A model generated the notes under the pieces. It was not told the origin of the DNA. It worked only from the letters and a program-made list of their open reading frames with translations, and ran no database searches. Source: Holophagaceae bacterium (GTDB lineage Bacteria > Acidobacteriota > Holophagae > Holophagales > Holophagaceae). From it: a stretch of 64,000 nucleotides of DNA. Both the position numbers and the translations under genes were made by a program. The stretch lies in NCBI GenBank assembly GCA_013334395.1, contig JAAXXS010000003.1:10965-74964 (forward strand), given 5' to 3'. Shown here piece after piece: positions 51,492 through 60,301 of the stretch (position 1 is the first letter of the stretch; every line of letters starts with the position of its first letter).

Positions 51492-53894
51492 CTAGTTCCA
51501 GAGGTTGCCGGTGGTGGTGTGGGTCTCCCCGTGGCAGGCGAGGGCGCATCCGCCCCTGCCCTGGGTGGCATTCACCGTGTAGGTCAGGGCCCCGGTGGCC
51601 GGCGTGACGCCGCCCCCGAACTTGATGGTGTCACTGGAGAGCTGGTCCGTGGCGTTGCGGACGGCCGTGGTGCCCAGATACTTGAAGTGGTTGACCACCC
51701 CGGTTCGGTTGTTGGTGGTGGCAGACATGTCGTGGCAGTGATCGCAAGTCTGGTTATGGTCCCCGGGGTTGTTGTGGCGGCCGGTGGCGTCGTTGTACTG
51801 GGTCGCGGTGGACGTGATCTTGTGGCAGGAAAGACAGTAGGTCGTGGCATTGAAGGTGAGCTTCCCGCTCTGCCACCCGGGGGTGGTCTGGCCGCCGTGG
51901 CAACTCACGGCGTTGCAAGTAAACGCCGTCAGGCTGGCCGTGGTGCCAAGTGTTCCGGTCTGGGCCTTGAAGGTGGCACTGATGGTCACCGGGGCAGGTC
52001 CGGTCCCAGTCGGAGTTCCATTCGGGCCACGGTTGGCGCCGTTGTAGTGCGGTTGGCTCGAGCCGCCCTCACCCGGCTGCGAGCCTGCATGGCAGGTCGC
52101 GCAGGTGAGCGTCGTGGGCAGGCCCATGTGCTTGCCGTGGGCGCCGGCAATGTTGGGGAAGGTCGTCCCAGCAGGCCCGAGGGTCTTGAAGCTGGGATCC
52201 GAATGGCAGGAGAGGCAGGTGCCCGCGCCCTTGCCAGCCGCCAGCGGCGAGGCACTGACGTGGCACTTGGTGCAGCTGGGACCGACCTTGCCGGCACCTA
52301 GCCCGGCCTCATCGTGGCAATTGATGCACTCCCCATTGAACATGGCGAGCGTCGCGGTCTGGTGGGTATTGCCTGTCCCGGAGCTGGTCGTCATCCCGGT
52401 GAGGAAGGGGGCCGGGTGTGCCGCGGCGCCCGGACCATTCACGTGACAGCTGTTCGCGTTGAAGGAGGCGCTGAAGCAGCCGGGTGCGGCGACGACGGGA
52501 GACACTGCACCGACAGTCACGCCATGGCACAGGCCACAGACGGCGGCGCGCTGGGTCGTATTGACGGCGGCGGCAGCGTTCCGGTGGGAAGCGGTATAGC
52601 TGCCACTGGCAATGCTGCCGGGCGATTTATACCAGCTGTCTGGATGCGCCTTGGCCTGGAGGTGGCAACTTGAGCAGGTGGTCGTGGTGGTCCCGCCATC
52701 GAACTTGTTGGTGCCGGGAACCCCATGGCAGGTCTGGCAGGATAGGAGGTCGGCCTTGGCCACCACCCCATGGAATGTGGCATCCGTGGCCCCAGTCGTC
52801 TTGGGATCCGTCCAGGTGGCCCCGATAGGATGGGGGGCCACGCCGGGTCCATTGGCGTGGCAGCTGACGGCGGCATGCTCAGAGTTGCCGAAGCTGGCGC
52901 TGTAGCAGCCGGGAGCGGCCGTCAGGGCAGAGGTGCTGGTCTTGGTGACGGCGTGGCAGATCACACAGGAGCCGTTCGCCTTCAGCGGATCCGTGGCATT
53001 CCGGTGGGAAGGCACATAGCCCGGGAAGGTCCCGACGGAGGCCATGTTCCAGGTCGTCGGGTGGGCACCAGCCCCCGTCGTCTTGGAATGGCAGGAGGAG
53101 CAGGCCGTGGCGGCGGAGCCCCCGTCGAACTTGGTGGTGCCTGGCGTGCCGTGGCAGCTCTGGCAGTACTTCAGATCCTTCTTGGCCTCGATGCCGTGGT
53201 AAGCGGTGCTCGTCGGATCCTTCCAGATGGCGCCGAGCGCGTGCGGCGCGCCGACGTCGGCATGGCACAGCGTGGCGTTGTAGCAGCCGGGCTGCGTCCC
53301 GGCTGGCGCCGGGGTGGCCGGGTGCCCGGCTGGATTATTGGCTGATCCCGGGAAGTGGCAGGTCGCGCAGACCGCCGCATTGGAGGTATCCGTCGAGGTG
53401 TGACTCCAGAGGGTGCCACCGGAGGTGCGCCAAGGCTTCGGGGGATGCGGCGCATTCACGCCGTGGCAGGTAGAGCAGGTCTTCGCCGAGGCGCCACCAG
53501 CAAAGTCATTGCCGTGGCAGATCTTGCAGGACACCAGACTCCCCCCGGTGAGGGCGTCCACGGCCACCTTGGCCCTTGCCCCGTGGACATCGGAGTTGGC
53601 CCACCCAGGAACGGTCTGGTGGTGACAGCCCGTGGTCATGCAGGTCGGGATGCCGCTGCCCACCTTGAGCACAGAGATCTCATGGCAGCGGGTGCAGTTG
53701 TCGATGCCGGCGATGGCGCTGCCAGGGTGCGTGTCGATCCAGCCCGCCGCGTGGTAGTTACCGTAGTAGTTGGCGACCCCGCCAGCTGCAGGCTTGGTGC
53801 CGCCACAGCCCATGAGGCCGACCAGGCAAGCGAGAAGGCATCCGAAGAGTCCCTGTAGGCCTGCTCGTTGGTCCCGGTTCTGATTCCTGCTCAT
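51492..53894 (-). CDS. Multiheme c-type cytochrome lipoprotein (up to 22 heme sites)
   Basis: Lipobox LMGC; 16 CxxCH plus CX3CH, two CX4CH, CX5CH, CX9CH and CX14CH, counted by hand. Confidence 0.93.
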   Translation of the reverse strand: MSRNQNRDQRAGLQGLFGCLLACLVGLMGCGGTKPAAGGVANYYGNYHAAGWIDTHPGSAIAGIDNCTRCHEISVLKVGSGIPTCMTTGCHHQTVPGWANSDVHGARAKVAVDALTGGSLVSCKICHGNDFAGGASAKTCSTCHGVNAPHPPKPWRTSGGTLWSHTSTDTSNAAVCATCHFPGSANNPAGHPATPAPAGTQPGCYNATLCHADVGAPHALGAIWKDPTSTAYHGIEAKKDLKYCQSCHGTPGTTKFDGGSAATACSSCHSKTTGAGAHPTTWNMASVGTFPGYVPSHRNATDPLKANGSCVICHAVTKTSTSALTAAPGCYSASFGNSEHAAVSCHANGPGVAPHPIGATWTDPKTTGATDATFHGVVAKADLLSCQTCHGVPGTNKFDGGTTTTTCSSCHLQAKAHPDSWYKSPGSIASGSYTASHRNAAAAVNTTQRAAVCGLCHGVTVGAVSPVVAAPGCFSASFNANSCHVNGPGAAAHPAPFLTGMTTSSGTGNTHQTATLAMFNGECINCHDEAGLGAGKVGPSCTKCHVSASPLAAGKGAGTCLSCHSDPSFKTLGPAGTTFPNIAGAHGKHMGLPTTLTCATCHAGSQPGEGGSSQPHYNGANRGPNGTPTGTGPAPVTISATFKAQTGTLGTTASLTAFTCNAVSCHGGQTTPGWQSGKLTFNATTYCLSCHKITSTATQYNDATGRHNNPGDHNQTCDHCHDMSATTNNRTGVVNHFKYLGTTAVRNATDQLSSDTIKFGGGVTPATGALTYTVNATQGRGGCALACHGETHTTTGNLWN

Positions 53895-54212
53895 GTGGAC
53901 ACCCAAGAATGGCTGGCGGCTCGTGAAGGAGGGACGCTGGCGGAGGGAGAATAAATCAGGCTTGTGGATGGCTCAGAGACCCATCGTCACGGCATTGCAA
54001 CAGCATGAGGATTACTTGAGGTCGATCTTACGAAGCGCCCCGGGTTTATTCCTGAGGGAAAATGTAGACAAGAAGTGCTGCTGCATGACTAGTCCACTAT
54101 CGCGTGAGATTTCCATTGATCCTATATCCCGATTGGTTGCCCATTCCTAGACCATAGGGTCTAGGCCTTCACCATTGATCCTACTCGGGTTATGGCATAA
54201 TCTTCAGCTTCC

Positions 54213-57179
54213 ATGGCCGCACGGTTTGCAGGAAACCGATATCCCGACTCAGGCGCTCTCCGGCGCCTCGCCTTCCTGCTGCTCTGGCTGTGTGCCTCGG
54301 CTTTTGCACTCGATCCGGACCGGCCCCTGGCCACCCACGCGCATCGCTCCTGGCGGAGCGAGGATGGCTTGCTTCAGGACACTGCTGTGGCACTTCTTGA
54401 GAGCCGGGGCGGTTTCCTCTGGGTCGGCACCGAGGCAGGTCTGGTCCGCTTCGACGGCGCCAGCTTTGAGCACCGCTCCCGGGTGGAAGTCCCCGCCTTT
54501 GTTCACAACCGGATCCAAGCCCTGGCCGAGGGCGACCGCGGAGCCATCTGGGTCGCCACCTCGGAACCGGGGCTCTACCTGTTTGATCAGGGCGCCATGC
54601 GCGCTCTGGGTTCGGAAGCTGGATTGCCAGACAACCCCATCCGGCGCCTGCTGAGAGACCGGGCAGGAACGCTCTGGGCCGCGCCCACCGAAGGACCCCT
54701 GCTCCGCTACGACGGGAAGCGCTTCCAGACGGTGCCCTCGGATGCCGCCCATCTGCGCATCCGGGCGCTGGCGGAGGATCCGGAGGGCGGGCTCTGGGTG
54801 GGCACCTCGGGTTCCGGCCTCTGGCGCCTGCGGGAGGGGCGCCTCGTGGTGGCGGCGCTGACTGCGGCGGAGATCACCACCCTGGAAATCGGCACCGATG
54901 GAGATGTCTGGGTCGGGACCCGAGCCCAGGGTCTCTTCACGCTGGCAGATGGCCAGCTGTGGGCACCACCCTGGGTCCGTGGGCTGCCGGCGCAAGGCAT
55001 CAGCGCGCTCCGCCTGGATCGCGAGGGCAGCTTGTGGATCGGCCTGGAGCAGGCCGGACTCTTCCGGCGGACCCCGGCCGGACGCCTGGAGGCGGCGCCA
55101 AGCCTAGGCAATGCCCGCAGCACCCCCCTCGCCCTGCTGGAGGACCGCTCCGGCGCCCTGTGGGCGGGCACCGAACACCACGGCCTGCATGTCCTCTACC
55201 CAGTTCCCTTCCGGGGCCTCCCCCTGGTCGGTGCTCCCCCCGAGGAGCCCCTCAGAATGGTCTGCCAGGACTCCGGGGGCTCGGTCTGGTGCGTGACGGT
55301 GGACCACGCCCTGGGCATGGTCCGTCCTGGGCAGGTGGAGCGGGCCCCCCGGGGCAGCCAACCCAACGCCCCGATCACGGCCCTCTGGCCGCGCCTGGCC
55401 GGGGGCCTCTGGCTGGGCACCCGGAAGGGTGAACTCTATACGCTGGATCAGGGCCACCTCCAGCGAGCCGACGTGGCCCAGGGGCCCCGTTCAGACGCCA
55501 TCCTCACGATCTTCGAGGATGGCCAGCGGGTGCTGTGGGTCGCCACGGCGCGGCAGGGCCTGTTCCGGATTCCGCCCAGCGGTTCTCCCCTGCTCTTTCC
55601 GACGGTCCAAGGTGTCCTGGCCATGGCTGGCGGCGGCACGCAGCCCCTGTATCTCGCCAGCCCCACCCAGGGCCTGGGCATCGTGGATGCCGGCCAGGTG
55701 CGCTGGCTGGGCCGGGCCGAAGGGCTGGGCTCCGCCGGAGCCCAGTCGCTCCACCTGAGCGAGGATGGGAACCTCTGGGTCGGCACCGGGGAGGGCCTCC
55801 GGCGCTTCCGGGACGGTCGGTTCCAGCCCCTCCCCGATCACGCCGCGCCCCTCCTCCTGGCCATTCACGCGATCCTCGAGGACCGCACCGGGCGGCTGTG
55901 GCTGAGCACGACCCAGGGTGTGTTCCGGATCCCCCGGGAGGCCCTCCTGCGGAGTCACCGGGAGCCTGGCACCTTGCCCATGATGGTCTTCGACCAGCAC
56001 GACGGCATGCCCTCCCGCGAGACGCTGGGAGGCCCCCAGCCCGCCGCCTGGCTCACCCGCGAAGGAGCCCTCTACTTTCCCACCAGCCGCGGACTGTCCC
56101 GGATGGACGGCAACGCCTCCGCGCCGAAAGGCCCCCCGCTCACCCTCCTCCTGCTGAGGGCCGAAGCCGACGAGACAACCCTCCCGGAAACCCATCCCAT
56201 CCAGGTTCCCCCGGGAACCCACCGCTTCGAGATCTACTACACGGCAGCCTCGCTGACCCGGGCCGACAAGGTCCGCTTCCGCTACCGGCTGGAAGGGTGG
56301 GAGCAGGCCTGGAATGAGGTGGGGAGCCGCCGCTTCTCCGCCTACTCAAACCTGCCCCCGGGTTCCTACCGGTTCGTGGTCCAGTCCTGGCGACTGGACG
56401 TTGAGGGCCGGCCCGAGGAATGCGCGGTGGACGTCCGGGTGCAGCCCTTCCTGTACCAGCGGCCGACCTTCTGGGTGGTCTGCGGACTCGCTGCTGCAGC
56501 CTTCGGCTGGTGGCTGCTGCGCCTCCGCCTCCAGCAGATGGAGGCCCGCTCCGCCGTCCTTGCCGAGCGGAACCGCATCGCCCGGGAGATCCACGACCAC
56601 CTCGCCCAAGGCTTCACGGGCGTCCTGCTGCAGCTGGAGGCGGCCGAGGCCAAGCTCACCCGCATGGAGGGCGATCCGGCCCCGGTCCTCACACGCATCG
56701 AGCACGCCCGGAACCTGGCCGCGGACAGTCTGCAGGAAGCCCGCCGCTCGGTCATGACACTCAGCCCCCGGAAGCCCGAAGGCAAGGACCTCCTGGGCTC
56801 TCTGCGGATCCTGGCCGACCGCCTGCTGGCGGGGACGGAGATCCAGGTGGAGTTGGCCCTCACCGGAGAGCCCCGGCCGCTCCGCAACCAGCTGGAGGAG
56901 GATCTCCTCCGCATGGCCCAGGAGCTTCTGACCAATGCCCTGCGGCACGGCAAGGCAAGGTGGGTGCGCATCGTGCTGCAGTTCGAGGGGCGGCTGGTGC
57001 ACCTCAGCATCGAGGATGACGGGTGCGGCTTCGACCCCTCCGCCAGCGCCGCCGGCTATGGCATGCGCAGCATCCGTGAGAGCCTCAAGACGCTGCGGGG
57101 GCACCTCGACATCGACAGCACTCCGGGTTTCGGTTCTCGCATCACCCTCACAGTGCCCATCCGAAGGTGGCCCTTATGA
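54213..57179 (+). CDS. Sensor histidine kinase with periplasmic beta-propeller (Reg_prop) and Y_Y_Y domains, HisKA_3 type
   Basis: Repeated GxLWxGT blades; FRYRLEG...YSNLPPGSYRF; TM; ERNRIAREIHD; NALRH, DDG.GF and GYGM boxes. Confidence 0.93.
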   Translation: MAARFAGNRYPDSGALRRLAFLLLWLCASAFALDPDRPLATHAHRSWRSEDGLLQDTAVALLESRGGFLWVGTEAGLVRFDGASFEHRSRVEVPAFVHNRIQALAEGDRGAIWVATSEPGLYLFDQGAMRALGSEAGLPDNPIRRLLRDRAGTLWAAPTEGPLLRYDGKRFQTVPSDAAHLRIRALAEDPEGGLWVGTSGSGLWRLREGRLVVAALTAAEITTLEIGTDGDVWVGTRAQGLFTLADGQLWAPPWVRGLPAQGISALRLDREGSLWIGLEQAGLFRRTPAGRLEAAPSLGNARSTPLALLEDRSGALWAGTEHHGLHVLYPVPFRGLPLVGAPPEEPLRMVCQDSGGSVWCVTVDHALGMVRPGQVERAPRGSQPNAPITALWPRLAGGLWLGTRKGELYTLDQGHLQRADVAQGPRSDAILTIFEDGQRVLWVATARQGLFRIPPSGSPLLFPTVQGVLAMAGGGTQPLYLASPTQGLGIVDAGQVRWLGRAEGLGSAGAQSLHLSEDGNLWVGTGEGLRRFRDGRFQPLPDHAAPLLLAIHAILEDRTGRLWLSTTQGVFRIPREALLRSHREPGTLPMMVFDQHDGMPSRETLGGPQPAAWLTREGALYFPTSRGLSRMDGNASAPKGPPLTLLLLRAEADETTLPETHPIQVPPGTHRFEIYYTAASLTRADKVRFRYRLEGWEQAWNEVGSRRFSAYSNLPPGSYRFVVQSWRLDVEGRPEECAVDVRVQPFLYQRPTFWVVCGLAAAAFGWWLLRLRLQQMEARSAVLAERNRIAREIHDHLAQGFTGVLLQLEAAEAKLTRMEGDPAPVLTRIEHARNLAADSLQEARRSVMTLSPRKPEGKDLLGSLRILADRLLAGTEIQVELALTGEPRPLRNQLEEDLLRMAQELLTNALRHGKARWVRIVLQFEGRLVHLSIEDDGCGFDPSASAAGYGMRSIRESLKTLRGHLDIDSTPGFGSRITLTVPIRRWPL

Positions 57180-57817
57180 CCTCAGACTCGACCGAACGCA
57201 TCCGCCTCCTCATCGTGGATGACCACCCGATCGTGCGTGACGGGCTGGTTGCCATCCTTCACGAAGGTGAGCCCGACCTGGAGGTCGTGGGCGAAGCCGG
57301 CGATGGCAAGGAAGCCGTGGTGGCCTGGCGGAACCTGCGCCCCACGGTGACCATCATGGACCTCCAGCTGCCGGGACAGACCGGCGTCGAGGCCATCAAG
57401 GCCATCCGCCGGGAGGACCCCGAGGCCCGGGTGCTGGTGCTCACGACCTTCGACGGCGACGCGGACATCCAGCGCGCCCTCGAGGCCGGCGCCCGCGGCT
57501 ACCTGCTCAAGAACGTGCGCAGAGCCGCCCTGATCGAAGCCGTCCGGGCGGTGGCGGCAGGACAGCGCTACCTGCCGCCGGCCACGGCGGCCCGCTTGGT
57601 GGAGGCCATGGAGTCCGAGCGCCTCACCGCCCGTGAGCTCGACGTGCTGCGTCTGCTCGCCCTGGGCGAGCGCAACCGCGAGATCGCCAAGACCCTTGGT
57701 CTGGCTGAGCCCACGGTGAAGATCCACGTGAACAACCTGCTGCGGAAGCTCGAGGCCAAGGACCGGACGGAGGCGACCGTGATCGCCCTCCGGCGCGGCC
57801 TCATCCACCTCTCGTGA
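57176..57817 (+). CDS. NarL/LuxR-family response regulator
   Basis: IVDDHPIVR, IMDLQLP, LTTFD; HTH LTARELDVL...TVKIHVNN; ATGA overlap with the kinase. Confidence 0.95.
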   Translation: MTSDSTERIRLLIVDDHPIVRDGLVAILHEGEPDLEVVGEAGDGKEAVVAWRNLRPTVTIMDLQLPGQTGVEAIKAIRREDPEARVLVLTTFDGDADIQRALEAGARGYLLKNVRRAALIEAVRAVAAGQRYLPPATAARLVEAMESERLTARELDVLRLLALGERNREIAKTLGLAEPTVKIHVNNLLRKLEAKDRTEATVIALRRGLIHLS

Positions 57818-57845
57818 AGAAGGCGGCGAGTCCGGACCTGAGGCC

Positions 57846-59465
57846 CTAGCGTGCGATTTCGACGGCCCTCAGCTCCCGCATGACGGTGACCTTGATCTGG
57901 CCGGGATACTGCATCTCGGACTCGATCCGGCGGGAGACGTCCTTGGCGATCCAGTAGGCCTGGTCGTCGTTCACAGAACCCGCATCCACCAGGATGCGGA
58001 TCTCGCGACCCGCCTGCATGGCGAAGCTCTTCTGCACGCCCTTGTAGCTGTTGGCGATGCCCTCGAGCTGCTCGAGGCGCTTCACGTAGGTCTCCAGCAT
58101 CTCGCGGCGGGCCCCGGGCCGGGCGGCGCTGAGCGCGTCCGCGGCGGTGATCAGCATGGCCTCCACGGTGCGGGGCTCGAAGTCCCCGTGGTGGCAGCTC
58201 ATGGCGTGGATGACCTCCTCTTTCTCCCCGTAGCGCTGCAGCAGCTGCATGCCGATCTCGATGTGGGTGCCTTCCACCTCCCGGTCGATGGCCTTGCCGA
58301 TGTCGTGGAAGAGCCCCGCGCGCCGCGCCAGCCGGGCATCCGAACCCATCTCGCCAGCCATGTATTCGGCGATGCGGGCCACCTCCTTGGTGTGCTCCAG
58401 CACGTTCTGGCCGTAGGAGGTCCGGTAGTTCAGGCGGCCCACCAGCTTGTGCAGCTTGGCGTGCACGTCGGGAAAGCCCATCTCGATGCAGGCCGCCTCG
58501 CCGATCTCCTTGAGGTGCTGGTCCATGTCCACCTTGACCTTCTCCACCACCTCCTCGATGCGGGCGGGGTGGATGCGGCCATCGGCCAGCAGCTTGAGGA
58601 TGGCCTGGCGGGCCACCTCGCGGCGGATGGGATCAAAGCTCGACACCACGATGCTCTCGGGCGTGTCGTCCACGATCAGGTCGCAGCCCGTGGCCTTTTC
58701 CAGTGCCCGGATGTTGCGACCCTCGCGGCCGATGATGCGGCCCTTCAGGTCATCGCTGGGGAGCTGGACGGAGCTCACGGCCTGCTCGGCCACCACGTCC
58801 GAGGCCACCCGCTGGATGGCGGCGCCGATGGTCCAGCGGGCCTTCTTGGCGGCCTCTTCCTGGGCCTCCTCCTCGATGCGGCGCACCAGCTTGGCGGCGT
58901 CCATCTTGGCGGAATACTCCAGCTGGGATATGAGCTCCTTCTTGGCGTCCTCGCGGGTGAGCCCCGCCACCTCCTCCAGGCGCTTGGCCTGGGCCTCCAC
59001 CAGCTGTCGGGCTTCCAACTGCTGCGCCTCGAGGCGCTCCAGCTCGGCCTTGCGCTTCTCGGAGAGGGTCTCGACGTCCTTGGTCTTCTGGTCCACCTGC
59101 TGGTGCTTCTTGTCCAGGCCCTCTTCCTTGGACTGTAGCCGCTGCTCCTGCTTCTCCAGGTTCTTCTGGCGCTCGGTAAGCAGCTTCTCGGCCTCGGTCC
59201 GAGCCTGCAGGGCCTGCTCCTTGGCCTTCAACTCAGATTCCTTGCGGATGGTCTCGGCCTCCTGCTCGCCCCGCTGGCGCAGCCGCTGGGCCTCCCGCTG
59301 GGCCTCCTCCAGCAGCTTCTCCCGCTGGGTCTTGATGTCCGCCTCGGCCTTCGCCTGGGCCTGGGAACCGTCCAGGGCGGCCTTCTGCGCCCGCACCGAC
59401 ATGAGGTAGGCGACCGCTCCGGCCGCCAGGGCCAGGGCCAAAAAGATCCAACTCGTCAAATTCAT
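57846..59465 (-). CDS. rny: Ribonuclease Y
   Basis: N-terminal TM and coiled coil, [31 protein letters not shown]. Confidence 0.97.
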   Translation of the reverse strand: MNLTSWIFLALALAAGAVAYLMSVRAQKAALDGSQAQAKAEADIKTQREKLLEEAQREAQRLRQRGEQEAETIRKESELKAKEQALQARTEAEKLLTERQKNLEKQEQRLQSKEEGLDKKHQQVDQKTKDVETLSEKRKAELERLEAQQLEARQLVEAQAKRLEEVAGLTREDAKKELISQLEYSAKMDAAKLVRRIEEEAQEEAAKKARWTIGAAIQRVASDVVAEQAVSSVQLPSDDLKGRIIGREGRNIRALEKATGCDLIVDDTPESIVVSSFDPIRREVARQAILKLLADGRIHPARIEEVVEKVKVDMDQHLKEIGEAACIEMGFPDVHAKLHKLVGRLNYRTSYGQNVLEHTKEVARIAEYMAGEMGSDARLARRAGLFHDIGKAIDREVEGTHIEIGMQLLQRYGEKEEVIHAMSCHHGDFEPRTVEAMLITAADALSAARPGARREMLETYVKRLEQLEGIANSYKGVQKSFAMQAGREIRILVDAGSVNDDQAYWIAKDVSRRIESEMQYPGQIKVTVMRELRAVEIAR

Positions 59466-59516
59466 GGGCGACTCCAAGGAAGAGGATCCAAAGAGCCACC
59501 AGCACCCGAATTGAAA

Positions 59517-59684
59517 ATCCCCGCTCAGTCGTGGAGGCTTGCCGAGTTCCCTAGCTTGTAGGGGGGAGACCAGAATCCCTGGCTAAGGCGCGCCGTCGCG
59601 CGGAACGCACAGGTCAGGGGGAAGGTTTCCCGTGTCGACTTACGGAACAAGCGCTTGGCCATAAGCACGGGCCTCGCAGGGAGA
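59517..59684 (-). ncRNA. ssrS: 6S RNA (approximate ends)
   Basis: Lies between zapA and rny (known ssrS synteny); 5' UCUCCCUGCGAGGC-CCG can pair with 3' CGG..GCCUC...GCGGGGAU to give a rod; boundaries not model-verified. Confidence 0.7.
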
Positions 59685-60044
59685 TCAGTCACCGTCCTCG
59701 TCCAGCAGGGGCACAGGGGCGGAAGGTTCGTCCGGAACATCGTTCAGAAGCTTGGACAGAGTCTGTTCCAGGTTGTGGGTTTGCTGGTTGGCTTCCTGCT
59801 CGAGGCGCGCCACACGGTGCGCCAGGTTCAGGGCGCCCAACAGGTACCAGGACGGAGTGTCCAGGCCCTTCGGGACGCAACCCCATCTTAGCTGGCATTC
59901 AGAGTCCATGTCCTGAAAGGTCTCCTCCAGAATCCGGACAGCCGCCGCGAGGGTCTCGGGCTGGTCCGTCTGGACCTGGAGCGCCCGGGCCTGGACTGTC
60001 ACCGTGACCGGGTGGGTGCCCGGCAGGGGGAGAGGGAGGGTCAT
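59685..60044 (-). CDS. zapA: ZapA-like cell division protein (divergent)
   Basis: VTVTVQARALQV..E.L..A; LGALNLAH followed by coiled coil; synteny pheT-zapB-zapA-ssrS-rny. Confidence 0.7.
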   Translation of the reverse strand: MTLPLPLPGTHPVTVTVQARALQVQTDQPETLAAAVRILEETFQDMDSECQLRWGCVPKGLDTPSWYLLGALNLAHRVARLEQEANQQTHNLEQTLSKLLNDVPDEPSAPVPLLDEDGD

Positions 60045-60277
60045 CCCAGGGCCTCCAGCGCACGCAGGATCGCCGCCACCTGCTCCCGGGTGGCCTCGCG
60101 GTCCTTCTCCAGGGCGGTCCGGGCGGACACGGCCTCCTCGAGGCGGGCCCGCAGGGACTGCAGCTCCTGGTCCCCGGCGGCGCCGGCCGACTTCAGCGCA
60201 TCCAGCTCTTCCTTCAGCTGGTTGCGCTGCTGGAGCAGGGCCTGCATCTTAGCTTCAAGCTGTTTCAGTAGGTCCAT
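60041..60277 (-). CDS. ZapB-like coiled-coil protein
   Basis: All-helical heptad pattern LKQLEAKMQALL..; position between pheT and zapA. Confidence 0.7.
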   Translation of the reverse strand: MDLLKQLEAKMQALLQQRNQLKEELDALKSAGAAGDQELQSLRARLEEAVSARTALEKDREATREQVAAILRALEALG

Positions 60278-60301
60278 GGGAGCTGCCTCAAAGGCCTCAT
60301 T

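Noticed and set aside
53907-54110. Possible c-di-GMP/c-GAMP (GEMM) riboswitch or sigma54 promoter ahead of the cytochrome operon
   Set aside because: No GEMM-like GGCAAACC/GCAAAGC core seen; the best GG...GC candidate has 9-nt rather than 10-nt spacing.
53893-54150. 85-aa plus-strand ORF upstream of the multiheme cytochrome
   Set aside because: It spans the divergent promoter region with atypical codon use and has no SD or family features.
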